Shown: one piece after another, positions 20,125 through 29,110 of the stretch
How the letters are laid out: every line of letters begins with the position of its first letter
Numbering within the stretch: the stretch's first letter is position 1
DNA from: an uncultured Clostridiaceae bacterium
GTDB taxonomy: Bacteria > Bacillota > Clostridia > Monoglobales > Firm-18
DNA: 40,391 bases
Direction: 5' to 3'
NCBI GenBank assembly: GCA_964455565.1
Contig: CAYVWT010000002.1
Location: 1 to 40,391 of the forward strand
The notes under the pieces: model-generated
What the model saw: the letters and a program-made list of their open reading frames with translations, nothing else
Told to the model about the DNA's origin: nothing
Databases searched by the model: none
Position numbers and translations under genes: made by a program

Positions 20125-20146
20125 GGACTATCCAAATGGATAGTCC
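20125..20146. terminator. Terminator hairpin between the convergent spo0A and cof genes
   Basis: GGACTATCCA-aa-TGGATAGTCC followed by a T-rich tract. Confidence 0.75.
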
Positions 20147-20153
20147 TAATTTT

Positions 20154-20984
20154 TTAACTTATTTTTTTCATTGTTAACTTTCCACAATCAAGGTCAGCTA
20201 TTACTTTTGCTACTGCATCAAAATTATTTGTTACGGTTATATGGTTTGCTGCCTCTTTTACACGAGGCATAGCGTTTCCAACAGCAACACCGAGGGCTGC
20301 GTCTTGCACCATTTCCAAATCATTTTCATTATCACCAATGCCAATTGTCATTGACATTGGAATTCCAAGCCTTTTTGCAAGCTCCTGCATCGCTCGTCCC
20401 TTTGATGATTCTAAGTTGATTACCTCAAAATATTTTGGAGAGCTTTGCACAAATTTGTACTTGCCAACAAAGTGAGATTTTAATAAAAAATCCTTAACAA
20501 TTGGCAATTCCTCTGGCGTTTGTATAAAAAGAATTTTCGTCCATGGTGCTGGTAAATTTTTATAATTTGAATTATTAAGAGGAAAATGCTCTAAAACTCT
20601 ATGCTCCTCTACCGTATCATTCATTTTGCAAAAATGGACGGTGTCACCTATAACAACCTCAACCCCTGCAAATGGTATGTTTTCAGTAACATAATCAACA
20701 ACCTCGGAAACTTTTTCATCCAGCCCAAGTTGCCAAACAAATTCATTCTTGTTAAAATCATATATTGCAGAGCCATTATGGCTTATTACTGGTGCATTTG
20801 GTTTAACCTTGTCCAAAAACATCCTCATTCCACTTGGAACTCTACCAGTCGCTAAGGTGAATATACCACCCTCGTTTTTAAAATATTCAATAGCTAATTG
20901 ATTTTTAAGTGACACCTTATGCTCATCATTTATAAGCGTGCCATCAATATCGCTACATAAAAGCATACCACTAAACTTACCCAT
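20154..20984 (-). CDS. Cof-type HAD-IIB family hydrolase
   Basis: SDIDGTL, LATGR, SHNGS, SKG.A, IGDNENDLEM, AVGNA. Confidence 0.93.
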   Translation of the reverse strand: MGKFSGMLLCSDIDGTLINDEHKVSLKNQLAIEYFKNEGGIFTLATGRVPSGMRMFLDKVKPNAPVISHNGSAIYDFNKNEFVWQLGLDEKVSEVVDYVTENIPFAGVEVVIGDTVHFCKMNDTVEEHRVLEHFPLNNSNYKNLPAPWTKILFIQTPEELPIVKDFLLKSHFVGKYKFVQSSPKYFEVINLESSKGRAMQELAKRLGIPMSMTIGIGDNENDLEMVQDAALGVAVGNAMPRVKEAANHITVTNNFDAVAKVIADLDCGKLTMKKIS

Positions 20985-21014
20985 TATGTAATCTCCCTTA
21001 AATCTTTTTTTATA

Positions 21015-21043
21015 ATATTACCACAAATCGTATTAATTGTCAA
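21015..21043 (-). promoter_or_regulatory. SigA promoter of the cof gene
   Basis: Minus TTGACA-17-TAATAT with TGn extension. Confidence 0.65.
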
Positions 21044-21068
21044 AACGGAGCAAAATTTGCTCCGTTTT
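21042..21068. terminator. Intrinsic terminator downstream of spoVM
   Basis: AAAACGGAGCAAA-a-TTTGCTCCGTTTT. Confidence 0.8.
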
Positions 21069-21074
21069 CTAAAT

Positions 21075-21146
21075 TTAATTCATTCTAAATATACTCTTTA
21101 GTATTCCACTAAAAAACTTAGGCATTTTAAGTACAACAATTTTCAT
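21075..21146 (-). CDS. spoVM: Stage V sporulation protein SpoVM (23 aa; not in the ORF track)
   Basis: MKIVVLKMPKFFSGILKSIFRMN aligns with B. subtilis MKFYTIKLPKFLGGIVRAML including Pro9; GAGAGGTG RBS; downstream of thiN. Confidence 0.88.
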   Translation of the reverse strand: MKIVVLKMPKFFSGILKSIFRMN

Positions 21147-21173
21147 ACAAGACACCTCTCAAATTTTATATTT

Positions 21174-21320
21174 CTATAGGCGCAAAAAGCAACAACCAAG
21201 TCCAACAATAAGCACAGCCTCTATCACTACTAAAAACCAAGCTGGAATAATAAAAGCGAGCAGAATTCCTATGCCTAATGCCACTATTAGTGCACCAGCT
21301 ATGCAACAATTGTGAAACAA
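21174..21320 (-). CDS. Small two-TM membrane protein (48 aa; not in the ORF track)
   Basis: AGGAGGTG RBS + TTG; MFHNCCIAGALIVALGIGILLAFIIPAWFLVVIEAVLIVGLGCCFLRL; fits between thiN and spoVM without overlap. Confidence 0.78.
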   Translation of the reverse strand: MFHNCCIAGALIVALGIGILLAFIIPAWFLVVIEAVLIVGLGCCFLRL

Positions 21321-21376
21321 ATGGCGCACCTCCTAAACTATATCTTAGTATAGTATATTCGGTGTGCAAAATAATG

Positions 21377-22012
21377 TTACTCTGTTTCACATATAATATA
21401 AAGTAGCCCACTTTTTATTTCAATAGTTGCAGTGCTACCAAAAAATTCGTTGCTAATTCCGTGGTTATCAACCTGATGAAGTGTCGCATTTTCAAGAGGA
21501 TATAAAAGCCCAGTTGTGGTTACTCCCTCTACCTTGTCGGTTAGGGGAATTAGTGAAATATTTGTGCAATAACCACGGCTAAGCTCGGCCCTGTCCTTTA
21601 TTAAACAAACCTTGCTGTGCTTTGTAAGGAGCATACCCTCTGCTCCCATTTCTAAAATATATCTAAGCAGGATAATTGCCCCTAAGCTGTGGTCAATCCT
21701 GCCACCAAACGCTCCAAGCAGGATAATTTCATCACAGCCCTGCTCGATAGCGTAATCGACACAAAGGTGCAAATCGGTCTTATCCTTTTTCTTTGGGTGA
21801 ACTATTGTTTGAATGCTCTTTGGAATTCGTGCAACTATGGAATCCATATCGCCAATAATAACATCAGGGGTAACACCAATAAGCTGTGCAACGTCATAGC
21901 CACCATCTGCACAAATAACTAAATCCTCACCCTTATGTTTAAGGCGCTTGTAAAAAGCTATATCGTCAATACGAGGGTTTCCTGCCGCATAAATCCACGC
22001 ACGTCTGCTCAT
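21377..22012 (-). CDS. thiN: Thiamine diphosphokinase
   Basis: ICADGG, PD.IIGDMDSI, KKDKTDL, GAFGGRIDH, GL.YPL, GISNE; after rpe. Confidence 0.95.
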   Translation of the reverse strand: MSRRAWIYAAGNPRIDDIAFYKRLKHKGEDLVICADGGYDVAQLIGVTPDVIIGDMDSIVARIPKSIQTIVHPKKKDKTDLHLCVDYAIEQGCDEIILLGAFGGRIDHSLGAIILLRYILEMGAEGMLLTKHSKVCLIKDRAELSRGYCTNISLIPLTDKVEGVTTTGLLYPLENATLHQVDNHGISNEFFGSTATIEIKSGLLYIICETE

Positions 22013-22665
22013 ACTTCCTCTCCCCTTCGAGCTTCATTCCTAAGCTCGCTAACAGCGAAAACAGAGTCACTCGCCCCAAAAATAGCTGTTCCTGCAACAA
22101 TAACATTTGCCCCAGCACGCACAAGCTCTGCTAAATTGCTTGCATAAATTCCACCGTCAACCTGTAAATCTACATCATTTCCAATCATTTTTCTAATCGC
22201 TGAAATATTTTCTATTGCACATTTTTCAATGCTTTGCCCACCAAAGCCAGGATATACAGTCATTTGCAAAACCATATCTACTTTATCTGCAAGGTGCGCA
22301 ATCTTGCTTGGAGGCGTATTAGGGTTAAGCGCAATTCCTGCTTTAAGCCCAAGTGATTTTATTAATTTAATGCACTCATCGGCATCGTCAGGGCATTCAA
22401 TATGTACAGTTATAATATCTGCACCTGCCTTTGCAAAAGGCTCGATATATTTTAGTGGATGCTCAATCATAAGGTGAACATCAAGCGTAAGGTCTGTAAT
22501 TTTATTTATAGCATTAACAACAGGAACTCCAAAGCTTAAATTTGGCACAAAATGCCCATCCATAACGTCAATGTGAAGCATATCGGTGCAATTTTCAATT
22601 TTTTTTATCTCACTACTAAGGTTTGCAATGTCTGATGCAAGTAGTGACGGTGAAATTTTTATCAT
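22009..22665 (-). CDS. rpe: Ribulose-phosphate 3-epimerase
   Basis: ISPSLL, HIDVMDGHFVPN, DVHLM, MTV.PGFGGQ, QVDGGI. Confidence 0.97.
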   Translation of the reverse strand: MIKISPSLLASDIANLSSEIKKIENCTDMLHIDVMDGHFVPNLSFGVPVVNAINKITDLTLDVHLMIEHPLKYIEPFAKAGADIITVHIECPDDADECIKLIKSLGLKAGIALNPNTPPSKIAHLADKVDMVLQMTVYPGFGGQSIEKCAIENISAIRKMIGNDVDLQVDGGIYASNLAELVRAGANVIVAGTAIFGASDSVFAVSELRNEARRGEEV

Positions 22666-22669
22666 AGAT

Positions 22670-23542
22670 TTAGTCCCACTCCTTAATGTCTTTTAATATA
22701 TCATAAAGGGCAGTATAATTATTATACCTACTATCCCCTATTAAGCCCTGCTCTAATGCGCTTAAAACAGCGCAATCCTTTGGTTTTCCACCAATATGCA
22801 CGCAATCATCAAAGCGACAATTGTTGTTATAAATTTCAAATTCATTAAACAAATTTTTAAGCTCATTTGCCTTTACATTAGTTATTTCAAGCAGGCTAAA
22901 CCCTGGTGTGTCCATAACAAATCCGCCGCCACTAAGGGGCATAAGCTCAATATGGCGTGTTGTGTGCTTTCCACGTTCAATTTTACTGACTATACCTGTT
23001 TCAAGGCTAAAACCAAGGCAGTTTAATATGCTGGATTTACCAACCCCAGAATTTCCTGCGAATGCTGTGATTTTGCCCCTTATCAACTTTTTAAGGTCTT
23101 CTACTCCCTCACCAGTCGAGGCGCAAATGGGTGTAACCCTGTAACCAGCTAAAGAGTACATTTCTATAATTTTATCTGGATCTAAAAGGTCCGTCTTGTT
23201 AACTGCAATAATAACATCAATATTGCCCTTTTCGGCGGTAACTATTAGCTTGTCTATCATAAAAAAATCTGGATTAGGGCTTGTTGCGGCGATAACAATA
23301 ACAACCGTATCAACATTTGCAACAGCAGGGCGAATAAGGTAGGTTGTTCGTGGGGAAATCTCCTCTAACGCACCCTCAAATGGGTTTTCATTAACAATTG
23401 TAATTTCAACCTTGTCGCCAACCATTGGTGTAATTTTTTGCTTGCGCATTTTGCCACGAGCATGACATTCTACAATGCCACGCTCGGTAGAAACATAATA
23501 AAAACCACCAATGCCCTTAGTAATTACGCCGGATAGCCTCAT
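22670..23542 (-). CDS. rsgA: Ribosome small subunit-dependent GTPase A
   Basis: RP.VANVD, NKTDL, GNSGVGKSS, RGKHTTR, DTPGF, CRF.DC.H......C. Confidence 0.96.
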   Translation of the reverse strand: MRLSGVITKGIGGFYYVSTERGIVECHARGKMRKQKITPMVGDKVEITIVNENPFEGALEEISPRTTYLIRPAVANVDTVVIVIAATSPNPDFFMIDKLIVTAEKGNIDVIIAVNKTDLLDPDKIIEMYSLAGYRVTPICASTGEGVEDLKKLIRGKITAFAGNSGVGKSSILNCLGFSLETGIVSKIERGKHTTRHIELMPLSGGGFVMDTPGFSLLEITNVKANELKNLFNEFEIYNNNCRFDDCVHIGGKPKDCAVLSALEQGLIGDSRYNNYTALYDILKDIKEWD

Positions 23543-25476
23543 AGAGTCACCGTTTTAGAGGCATATAAAGCGCCATTAAAGTAGATTTCAAGATTTACTG
23601 CCCCATTACCTGTGATATTTATATTAAATGCTTTTTCATCTTTGCTATGTGTCATATTGTGTATTGTTTTTCCGTCCTGCAAAATTTTAATTGTGGTTTT
23701 TTCTTGTTCCTGCGGAATATTAATAGTCATTGACTTTGTTTTAATGATGGTAGCTGGCTTTACTGGTGTCGGCGTTTGTTGGATTATTTGCGTATTGCCT
23801 GTGCTTGCTGATGTGCCAGAGCTTACAGTTAGGTCAATTTCGGTATATTCGTCTACACTTGTTCCACGGGAAACACTTTGAGTTAGGACAACATTTTTCG
23901 GTTTATCACTCGGAACATCTGTAATTTTGCCCTCACGAAGCTTGTTATCAGAAATAACACGCCTTGCCTGTTGAACGTCCTCACCAATTAAATTAGGCAT
24001 AGTAATTTGGTTCTTCCCTGCACCTTGGCTTACATAAATTGTAATTTCCTCGCCTGCTTTTAATGTATAGCCTGCTTGGGGAACTGTTCGAGTTATAACG
24101 CCCTCTGTAACGGTGTCGCTTGATTCTTTGATTTCCTTAACATTAAGCCCTAATTTTTCAATATCAAGCCTTGCATCAGTTGCAATTTTATTAACATAAT
24201 TATCAATAGTAATGTCTTTTATTCCTGCACTAACTACAACATTAATTTCAATTGGAGTTTTAATCATCTTGCCTGTTTTCGGGTCCTGCGAGATTATAAC
24301 ACCCTTTTCATATTCCTTTGAGGGAACCTGTTGCACCATATTTATAGTAATCTTTTTATTTTTATAGGTATCTTTTATATCATCATATTTTTGCCCTACT
24401 AAATCAGGAACAGGCATTTCAACACTTTTAGAGCTACTAAATGCACCAGGGTAAACAACGGCAATCGTGCCAAAAATAAGTATGCTTACAATAACGACAG
24501 AGGTTATAATAGCCCAAATAACAGCTTTTTTATCCGAAGCAGTTTTAGGTTTTTTCTCTTTTTCTGGTTGCTCACCTACCTCGGCAATATTAATGGCAGG
24601 AATTTTGCGTGTAGAAAAATTGTTAGCTAATTCTGGCACTTCATCTGGAACAATATCTGGTTGTTTTTGTGCAGCGTAAAGGTCATCAAGCAACCCAGCA
24701 GAGGACTGATAGCGCAAAGATTGTTCCTTGCTCATTGCTTTTAATATAATTGCCTCTACTGCAAGTGGTATAGCAATATTATATTCCTTTGGTGAAACTG
24801 GCTTTTCTTGCAGGTGTTTAATTGCAATAGAAACAGGGCTATCACTCTCGAAAGGAACTCTACCTGTAAGCATTTCATACATAACAACACCAACAGAGTA
24901 AATGTCGCTTTTTTCGTCAGTATAGCCACCTCGTGCCTGCTCGGGTGAAAAATAATGCACCGAGCCAATAGTATTGCCACCCATAGTAACAGTAGCAGAT
25001 GTAGCAGCACGAGCAATGCCAAAATCGGTAACCTTTAAAACACCCTCAGGGGTAAGTATTATATTATGAGGCTTAATATCACGATGAACTATGTGGTTTT
25101 TATGTGCGTGTTCTAAGCCCTTACAAATTTGGATTGAAAATTCAACAGCCTGCTGCCAGGATAATTTTTTGTTTGCATCGATATAATCCTTTAAGGTTTG
25201 CCCCTCAACGTATTCCATAATAATATATTGCAAACCGTCCTCAGAACCAACATCATAAATGCTAACAATATTTGGGTGTGAAAGTGCAGCGGCAGCCTGT
25301 GCCTCTGTATTAAAGCGTGCAAGAAATTCTTGGTCCTTTGCAAGCTCAGGGCGAAGCACCTTAACTGCAACATTACGGTTAAGCAGTCTGCAATGTGCCC
25401 TAAAAACTCTTGCCATACCACCGTTTCCAATTTCCTCGAGTATTTCATATCTATTGCCTAATATTTTACCAACCAA
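23539..25476 (-). CDS. prkC: PASTA-domain Ser/Thr kinase PrkC/PknB
   Basis: IG.GGMA.V, VAVK, HRDIKPHN, DFGIA, GSVHYFSPEQ; TM helix; three PASTA repeats. Confidence 0.96.
   Translation of the reverse strand: MVGKILGNRYEILEEIGNGGMARVFRAHCRLLNRNVAVKVLRPELAKDQEFLARFNTEAQAAAALSHPNIVSIYDVGSEDGLQYIIMEYVEGQTLKDYIDANKKLSWQQAVEFSIQICKGLEHAHKNHIVHRDIKPHNIILTPEGVLKVTDFGIARAATSATVTMGGNTIGSVHYFSPEQARGGYTDEKSDIYSVGVVMYEMLTGRVPFESDSPVSIAIKHLQEKPVSPKEYNIAIPLAVEAIILKAMSKEQSLRYQSSAGLLDDLYAAQKQPDIVPDEVPELANNFSTRKIPAINIAEVGEQPEKEKKPKTASDKKAVIWAIITSVVIVSILIFGTIAVVYPGAFSSSKSVEMPVPDLVGQKYDDIKDTYKNKKITINMVQQVPSKEYEKGVIISQDPKTGKMIKTPIEINVVVSAGIKDITIDNYVNKIATDARLDIEKLGLNVKEIKESSDTVTEGVITRTVPQAGYTLKAGEEITIYVSQGAGKNQITMPNLIGEDVQQARRVISDNKLREGKITDVPSDKPKNVVLTQSVSRGTSVDEYTEIDLTVSSGTSASTGNTQIIQQTPTPVKPATIIKTKSMTINIPQEQEKTTIKILQDGKTIHNMTHSKDEKAFNINITGNGAVNLEIYFNGALYASKTVTL
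23860..23875. promoter_or_regulatory. Candidate parS site inside prkC
   Basis: TGTTCCACGGGAAACA, 1 mismatch to TGTTNCACGTGAAACA. Confidence 0.6.
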
Positions 25477-25498
25477 TTATCATCACCCCTTAAATTTA

Positions 25499-26200
25499 CT
25501 AAATTTTAATCAATATTGCAGTAATATTATCCATACCACCGTTTTCGTTTGCAAGGTTTATAAGCTCTTTAACTGCCGTGTCTATATCATTATTTTTAAT
25601 AACCTGTGTAATTATTTCATCCTCAACAAAGGTAGTAAGCCCGTCGGTGCAAAGCAAAAAGTAATCTCCCTTTTTGAACACAATATGAGTTATGTCAACC
25701 TCGATATTCGGCTCTGTGCCAATAGCACGGGTAATAAGGTTTTTCTGTGGGTGCGTTTTTGCCTCGTTAGGTGTAATTTTGCCGAGGTCTACAAGCTGTT
25801 GAACAATAGAATGGTCGGTTGTTACCTGCCTAAAACCAAGCTCGCCAAGGTGATACGCCCTGCTATCGCCAACATTTGCAATGGTTGCTGTTCTGCCCTC
25901 AAAATAACAAACAATACCAGTCGTGCCCATTCCCAAAAGGTTTTTGGTGTGAATCGACATATCATAAACAGTTTTATTTGCAGCATATATTGCGTTTTTT
26001 AGGCAAACATCAACGTTTGTTGGCTTGCAATCGATGTTATCTTTTATAACATCAACAGCAGTTTTGCTGGCAATCTCTCCACCATTATGACCGCCCATTC
26101 CGTCTGCAATAATGCACCATTTGGCGCGTTCATCTATATAAAAATTGTCTTGATTTGTTTCCCTTACCTTGCCCTTGTCTGTAAGCCCTCGTATTTGCAA
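25499..26200 (-). CDS. prpC: PP2C-type Ser/Thr phosphatase PrpC/Stp1 (likely start TTG 26200)
   Basis: TDKGKVR..NQD, ADGMGGH..GE.AS, GMGTT, NVGDSR.Y, LLCTDGL, GG.DNIT. Confidence 0.95.
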   Translation of the reverse strand: MQIRGLTDKGKVRETNQDNFYIDERAKWCIIADGMGGHNGGEIASKTAVDVIKDNIDCKPTNVDVCLKNAIYAANKTVYDMSIHTKNLLGMGTTGIVCYFEGRTATIANVGDSRAYHLGELGFRQVTTDHSIVQQLVDLGKITPNEAKTHPQKNLITRAIGTEPNIEVDITHIVFKKGDYFLLCTDGLTTFVEDEIITQVIKNNDIDTAVKELINLANENGGMDNITAILIKI

Positions 26201-26243
26201 CCCAATCACCACCTTAGTTCCTTAAATATGTTAATTTTCGTTT

Positions 26244-27278
26244 TTAACGAGAATTAGCATCAATTCCTTTTTGCCTTAGTTGACCGCACGAAGCGGAAAT
26301 ATCACTGCCAAGCTCACGACGCACCGTTGCGTTAATGTGTAGCTTTTCTAAACTATTGCGAAAAGCCGAAACGGTATTTGAACTGCTTTTTTTCAGCCCA
26401 CTTTCCGGAACAAAGTTCGCAGGGATAAGGTTAACATGGCATAACATTCCTTTTAAAAGCCTTGCCAATTCCTCTGCACACTCCATGGTGTCATTAACCC
26501 CATCAATTAGTATATATTCAAAAGATATTCGTCTATTCGTAATATTTATATAATCACGGCAAGCCTTAATTAGCTTTGCAACTGGGTGTTTTTTGTTTAT
26601 TGGCATAATCGAGTCTCTAATTTCATCATTTGGGGAATGAAGCGAAACGGAAAGAGTTATTTGCATATTTTCCTCTGCAAGCTGATATATTTTATCCACA
26701 AGCCCACAAGTAGAAAGCGAAATATGCCTGTAACCAATGTTGATGCCCTTTTCGTCGTTAATATTTTTTAAAAAGGTTATAACATTTTCATAGTTATCAA
26801 GAGGCTCGCCAATTCCCATAAGAACTACATTAGAAACACGCTCACCAAGGTCACGCTGAACTATGGCTACCTGCCCTAATATCTCACCAGCTGTAAGGTT
26901 TCTAACCCTGCCACCAATTGTAGATGCACAAAATTTGCAGCCCATAAGGCAACCAACCTGCGTGGAAATGCAAACGGTAATTCCGTGCTTGTATTTCATA
27001 GCGACACTTTCGATAAAATTATCGTCACCTAATTTTAACAGATATTTAGTGGTTTCGTCTACCTCTGAAACAAATTTTTTTTCAATTTCCACCGTTGAGA
27101 GTGAAAAATTAGCAGAAAGCTTGTCCCTAAGGGCTTTGGAAAGGTCACTCATCTCGTCAAAAGAGGTTACCCCTCGTGAAAACCACTTGTAAATTTGCCC
27201 TGCACGAAACTTTGGCTCGTTTATAGACTTAATTTCGTTTTCAAGCTGTTCATATTTCAAATCATTTAGACTAATCAT
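26244..27278 (-). CDS. rlmN: 23S rRNA/tRNA m2A methyltransferase RlmN (likely start ATG 27278)
   Basis: CISTQVGC.MGC.FCAS, MG.GEPL.N, STCG, SLHSP, FEY, ASCGQL. Confidence 0.96.
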   Translation of the reverse strand: MISLNDLKYEQLENEIKSINEPKFRAGQIYKWFSRGVTSFDEMSDLSKALRDKLSANFSLSTVEIEKKFVSEVDETTKYLLKLGDDNFIESVAMKYKHGITVCISTQVGCLMGCKFCASTIGGRVRNLTAGEILGQVAIVQRDLGERVSNVVLMGIGEPLDNYENVITFLKNINDEKGINIGYRHISLSTCGLVDKIYQLAEENMQITLSVSLHSPNDEIRDSIMPINKKHPVAKLIKACRDYINITNRRISFEYILIDGVNDTMECAEELARLLKGMLCHVNLIPANFVPESGLKKSSSNTVSAFRNSLEKLHINATVRRELGSDISASCGQLRQKGIDANSR

Positions 27279-27468
27279 CCCAAACCTCATCCATAATTTT
27301 TTCTACGTCAGCTTTTCTCTTTTTTGTTTCCATCACATCAATTTCTATGGAAATTACACTGCCCTCTTTTGCATCTGGAAAAAGGTATTTTGGAAGGTTA
27401 TACATTGTTTTATCAGGCATTTCAACAACTGCAAAATCACCCTCAAATCTATCAATAATTATTTTCAT
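27271..27468 (-). CDS. DUF3006-like small protein
   Basis: IIDRFEGDFAVVE...P..AKEG.V; directly after the ComEC-like MBL gene. Confidence 0.8.
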   Translation of the reverse strand: MKIIIDRFEGDFAVVEMPDKTMYNLPKYLFPDAKEGSVISIEIDVMETKKRKADVEKIMDEVWDD

Positions 27469-27480
27469 TTTTTCACCGTC

Positions 27481-28317
27481 CTATTTTATTTCTATGTTTT
27501 GACCGTCACTTGTTGCAACTATTGTTCCATTTATATCTGTTTGGTAAATTTTAACCCCAGCATTTTTAAGTGCGTTTAATATTTTCTGCGCTGGGTGACC
27601 ATAAGTGTTGCCATTACCAACTGAAATAACTGCAAATTTTGGCGCAACTGCCTTTAAAAATTCTGCCGAGGTTGAAGTGCTACTTCCATGGTGCCCAACC
27701 TTTAAAAGGTCTGCCTTTAAATTATATTTAAACATTTCGCCCTCTGATATATTATCTGCATCACCAGTTAGCAAAAACGAAGTATTTCCAAAGGTAATTT
27801 TTGTTACTGCCGAGTAGCTATTCATATTTTCATAGTAATCACTATTTGGTGCTAATAATTCTATTTTTAAATTATCATTATTTAAAATTGACACACCAGC
27901 CCTTGCGGTGTTAACCTTTAAGCCTTTATTTTTAATTGCAAGCAGGGCATTTTCAAAGGTTTTAGTGTTGCTCGATACCTTTGGCATATAAATGCTTCCA
28001 ATATCAAAAGAATTTATAACCTCTGCAAGCCCTCCAATATGGTCCTCGTGTGGGTGCGTTGCAATTAGATAATCAATTTTCTTAATTTGCTGTTTTTTAA
28101 TGTAGCTAATAATAGTATTGCCATCTTCTCTGTTGCCTGCATCAATAAGAATTGTTTCGCCATTTGGAAGTATTCCAAGCATTGAATCTGCCTGCCCAAC
28201 GTCAATAAAATGGAGTGAAAACTGGTTTGTTGTTTGCACCTGCACAGGCTTTGGCGCATTAAAATATGAGTAAATTATTGCTGAAATTATAATAATTACT
28301 ATTATGTATTTTTTCAT
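27481..28317 (-). CDS. Membrane-anchored MBL-fold metallohydrolase (ComEC/Rec2 C-terminal-like)
   Basis: N-terminal hydrophobic anchor; HFIDVGQAD, IDAG, THPHEDHIGG, LTGDA, KVGHHGS, YGHP. Confidence 0.9.
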   Translation of the reverse strand: MKKYIIVIIIISAIIYSYFNAPKPVQVQTTNQFSLHFIDVGQADSMLGILPNGETILIDAGNREDGNTIISYIKKQQIKKIDYLIATHPHEDHIGGLAEVINSFDIGSIYMPKVSSNTKTFENALLAIKNKGLKVNTARAGVSILNNDNLKIELLAPNSDYYENMNSYSAVTKITFGNTSFLLTGDADNISEGEMFKYNLKADLLKVGHHGSSTSTSAEFLKAVAPKFAVISVGNGNTYGHPAQKILNALKNAGVKIYQTDINGTIVATSDGQNIEIK

Positions 28318-28318
28318 C

Positions 28319-29110
28319 TTATAACCTCAACAATCCTTCTGCATTTTTGTGCATTATCAAGCTTTTTTCATACTCTGTAAGGGGTAGTGACATAATTTTT
28401 TCAACATCTTCCTCTTGACTTTTCCAAGGAGAATCTGTTGCAAATAATATTTTGTCTGCTCCGTGGCTACGAACTATTCGCAAAAATTGTTCATCACTAA
28501 TTTTGCCAAGAATATAGCTTGTGTCCAAATAAACCTCCTTACCAACTAAAAATTCCTCAACATCATCATAGCACAGGTATCCTCCCAAATGTGCGATAAT
28601 AAGCTTTGCGCCCTCTATGTGCTTTAAAAGTGTGCATACACGCTGTGGGGTGCAGCGGCTTTCCCCAGGGATACCAATATCCACGCCACTATGAAAAATA
28701 ATTGCAAGCCCAAGCCTTGCGGCGTAATGTAGCATTGGGAAAATACTTTCATCATCAACAAAAAAGTTCTGATAATCAGGGTGCAATTTAATGCCCACAA
28801 GCCCTAAGCTTTTTATTCTATCCAGCTCATTTTTCCAATCCTCATATAATGGATGAATGCTCCCAAAGGATATTATACCATCTTTTCCTGTAATTTGCGA
28901 GGCAAAAGTGTTAATTGACTGGGTCTGTTTTGGAACAGTTGCAATAGGTAACACAACGGAATAATCAATGCCTGCATTTTTCATAGAAAATTTAAGGCTT
29001 TCAAGCGTTCCATCTGTGTACGCCTTAATATTTGCCTTGTTTTGCAGGTGCTCTATTGTAGCCTGCGCAATTTTATCTGGGAATATGTGAGTGTGAAAGT
29101 CAATAATCAT
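28319..29110 (-). CDS. Amidohydrolase family (TIM-barrel metal-dependent) protein
   Basis: IIDFHTH, GIKLHP, FHSG.D, AHLGG, YLDTS, ILFATDSPW. Confidence 0.9.
   Translation of the reverse strand: MIIDFHTHIFPDKIAQATIEHLQNKANIKAYTDGTLESLKFSMKNAGIDYSVVLPIATVPKQTQSINTFASQITGKDGIISFGSIHPLYEDWKNELDRIKSLGLVGIKLHPDYQNFFVDDESIFPMLHYAARLGLAIIFHSGVDIGIPGESRCTPQRVCTLLKHIEGAKLIIAHLGGYLCYDDVEEFLVGKEVYLDTSYILGKISDEQFLRIVRSHGADKILFATDSPWKSQEEDVEKIMSLPLTEYEKSLIMHKNAEGLLRL

Noticed and set aside
21166-21411. 81-aa minus-strand ORF from the track
   Set aside because: Overlaps thiN and lacks an RBS; the strong RBS serves a 48-aa ORF in another frame (21174-21320)
25259-26002. 247-aa plus-strand ORF
   Set aside because: Antisense shadow of prkC/prpC with no motifs or RBS
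27481-28317. Full ComEC channel or a beta-lactamase
   Set aside because: Lacks the multi-TM competence domain; motifs (DVGQ.D, HHGS, YGHP) are ComEC-type MBL, not class B beta-lactamase
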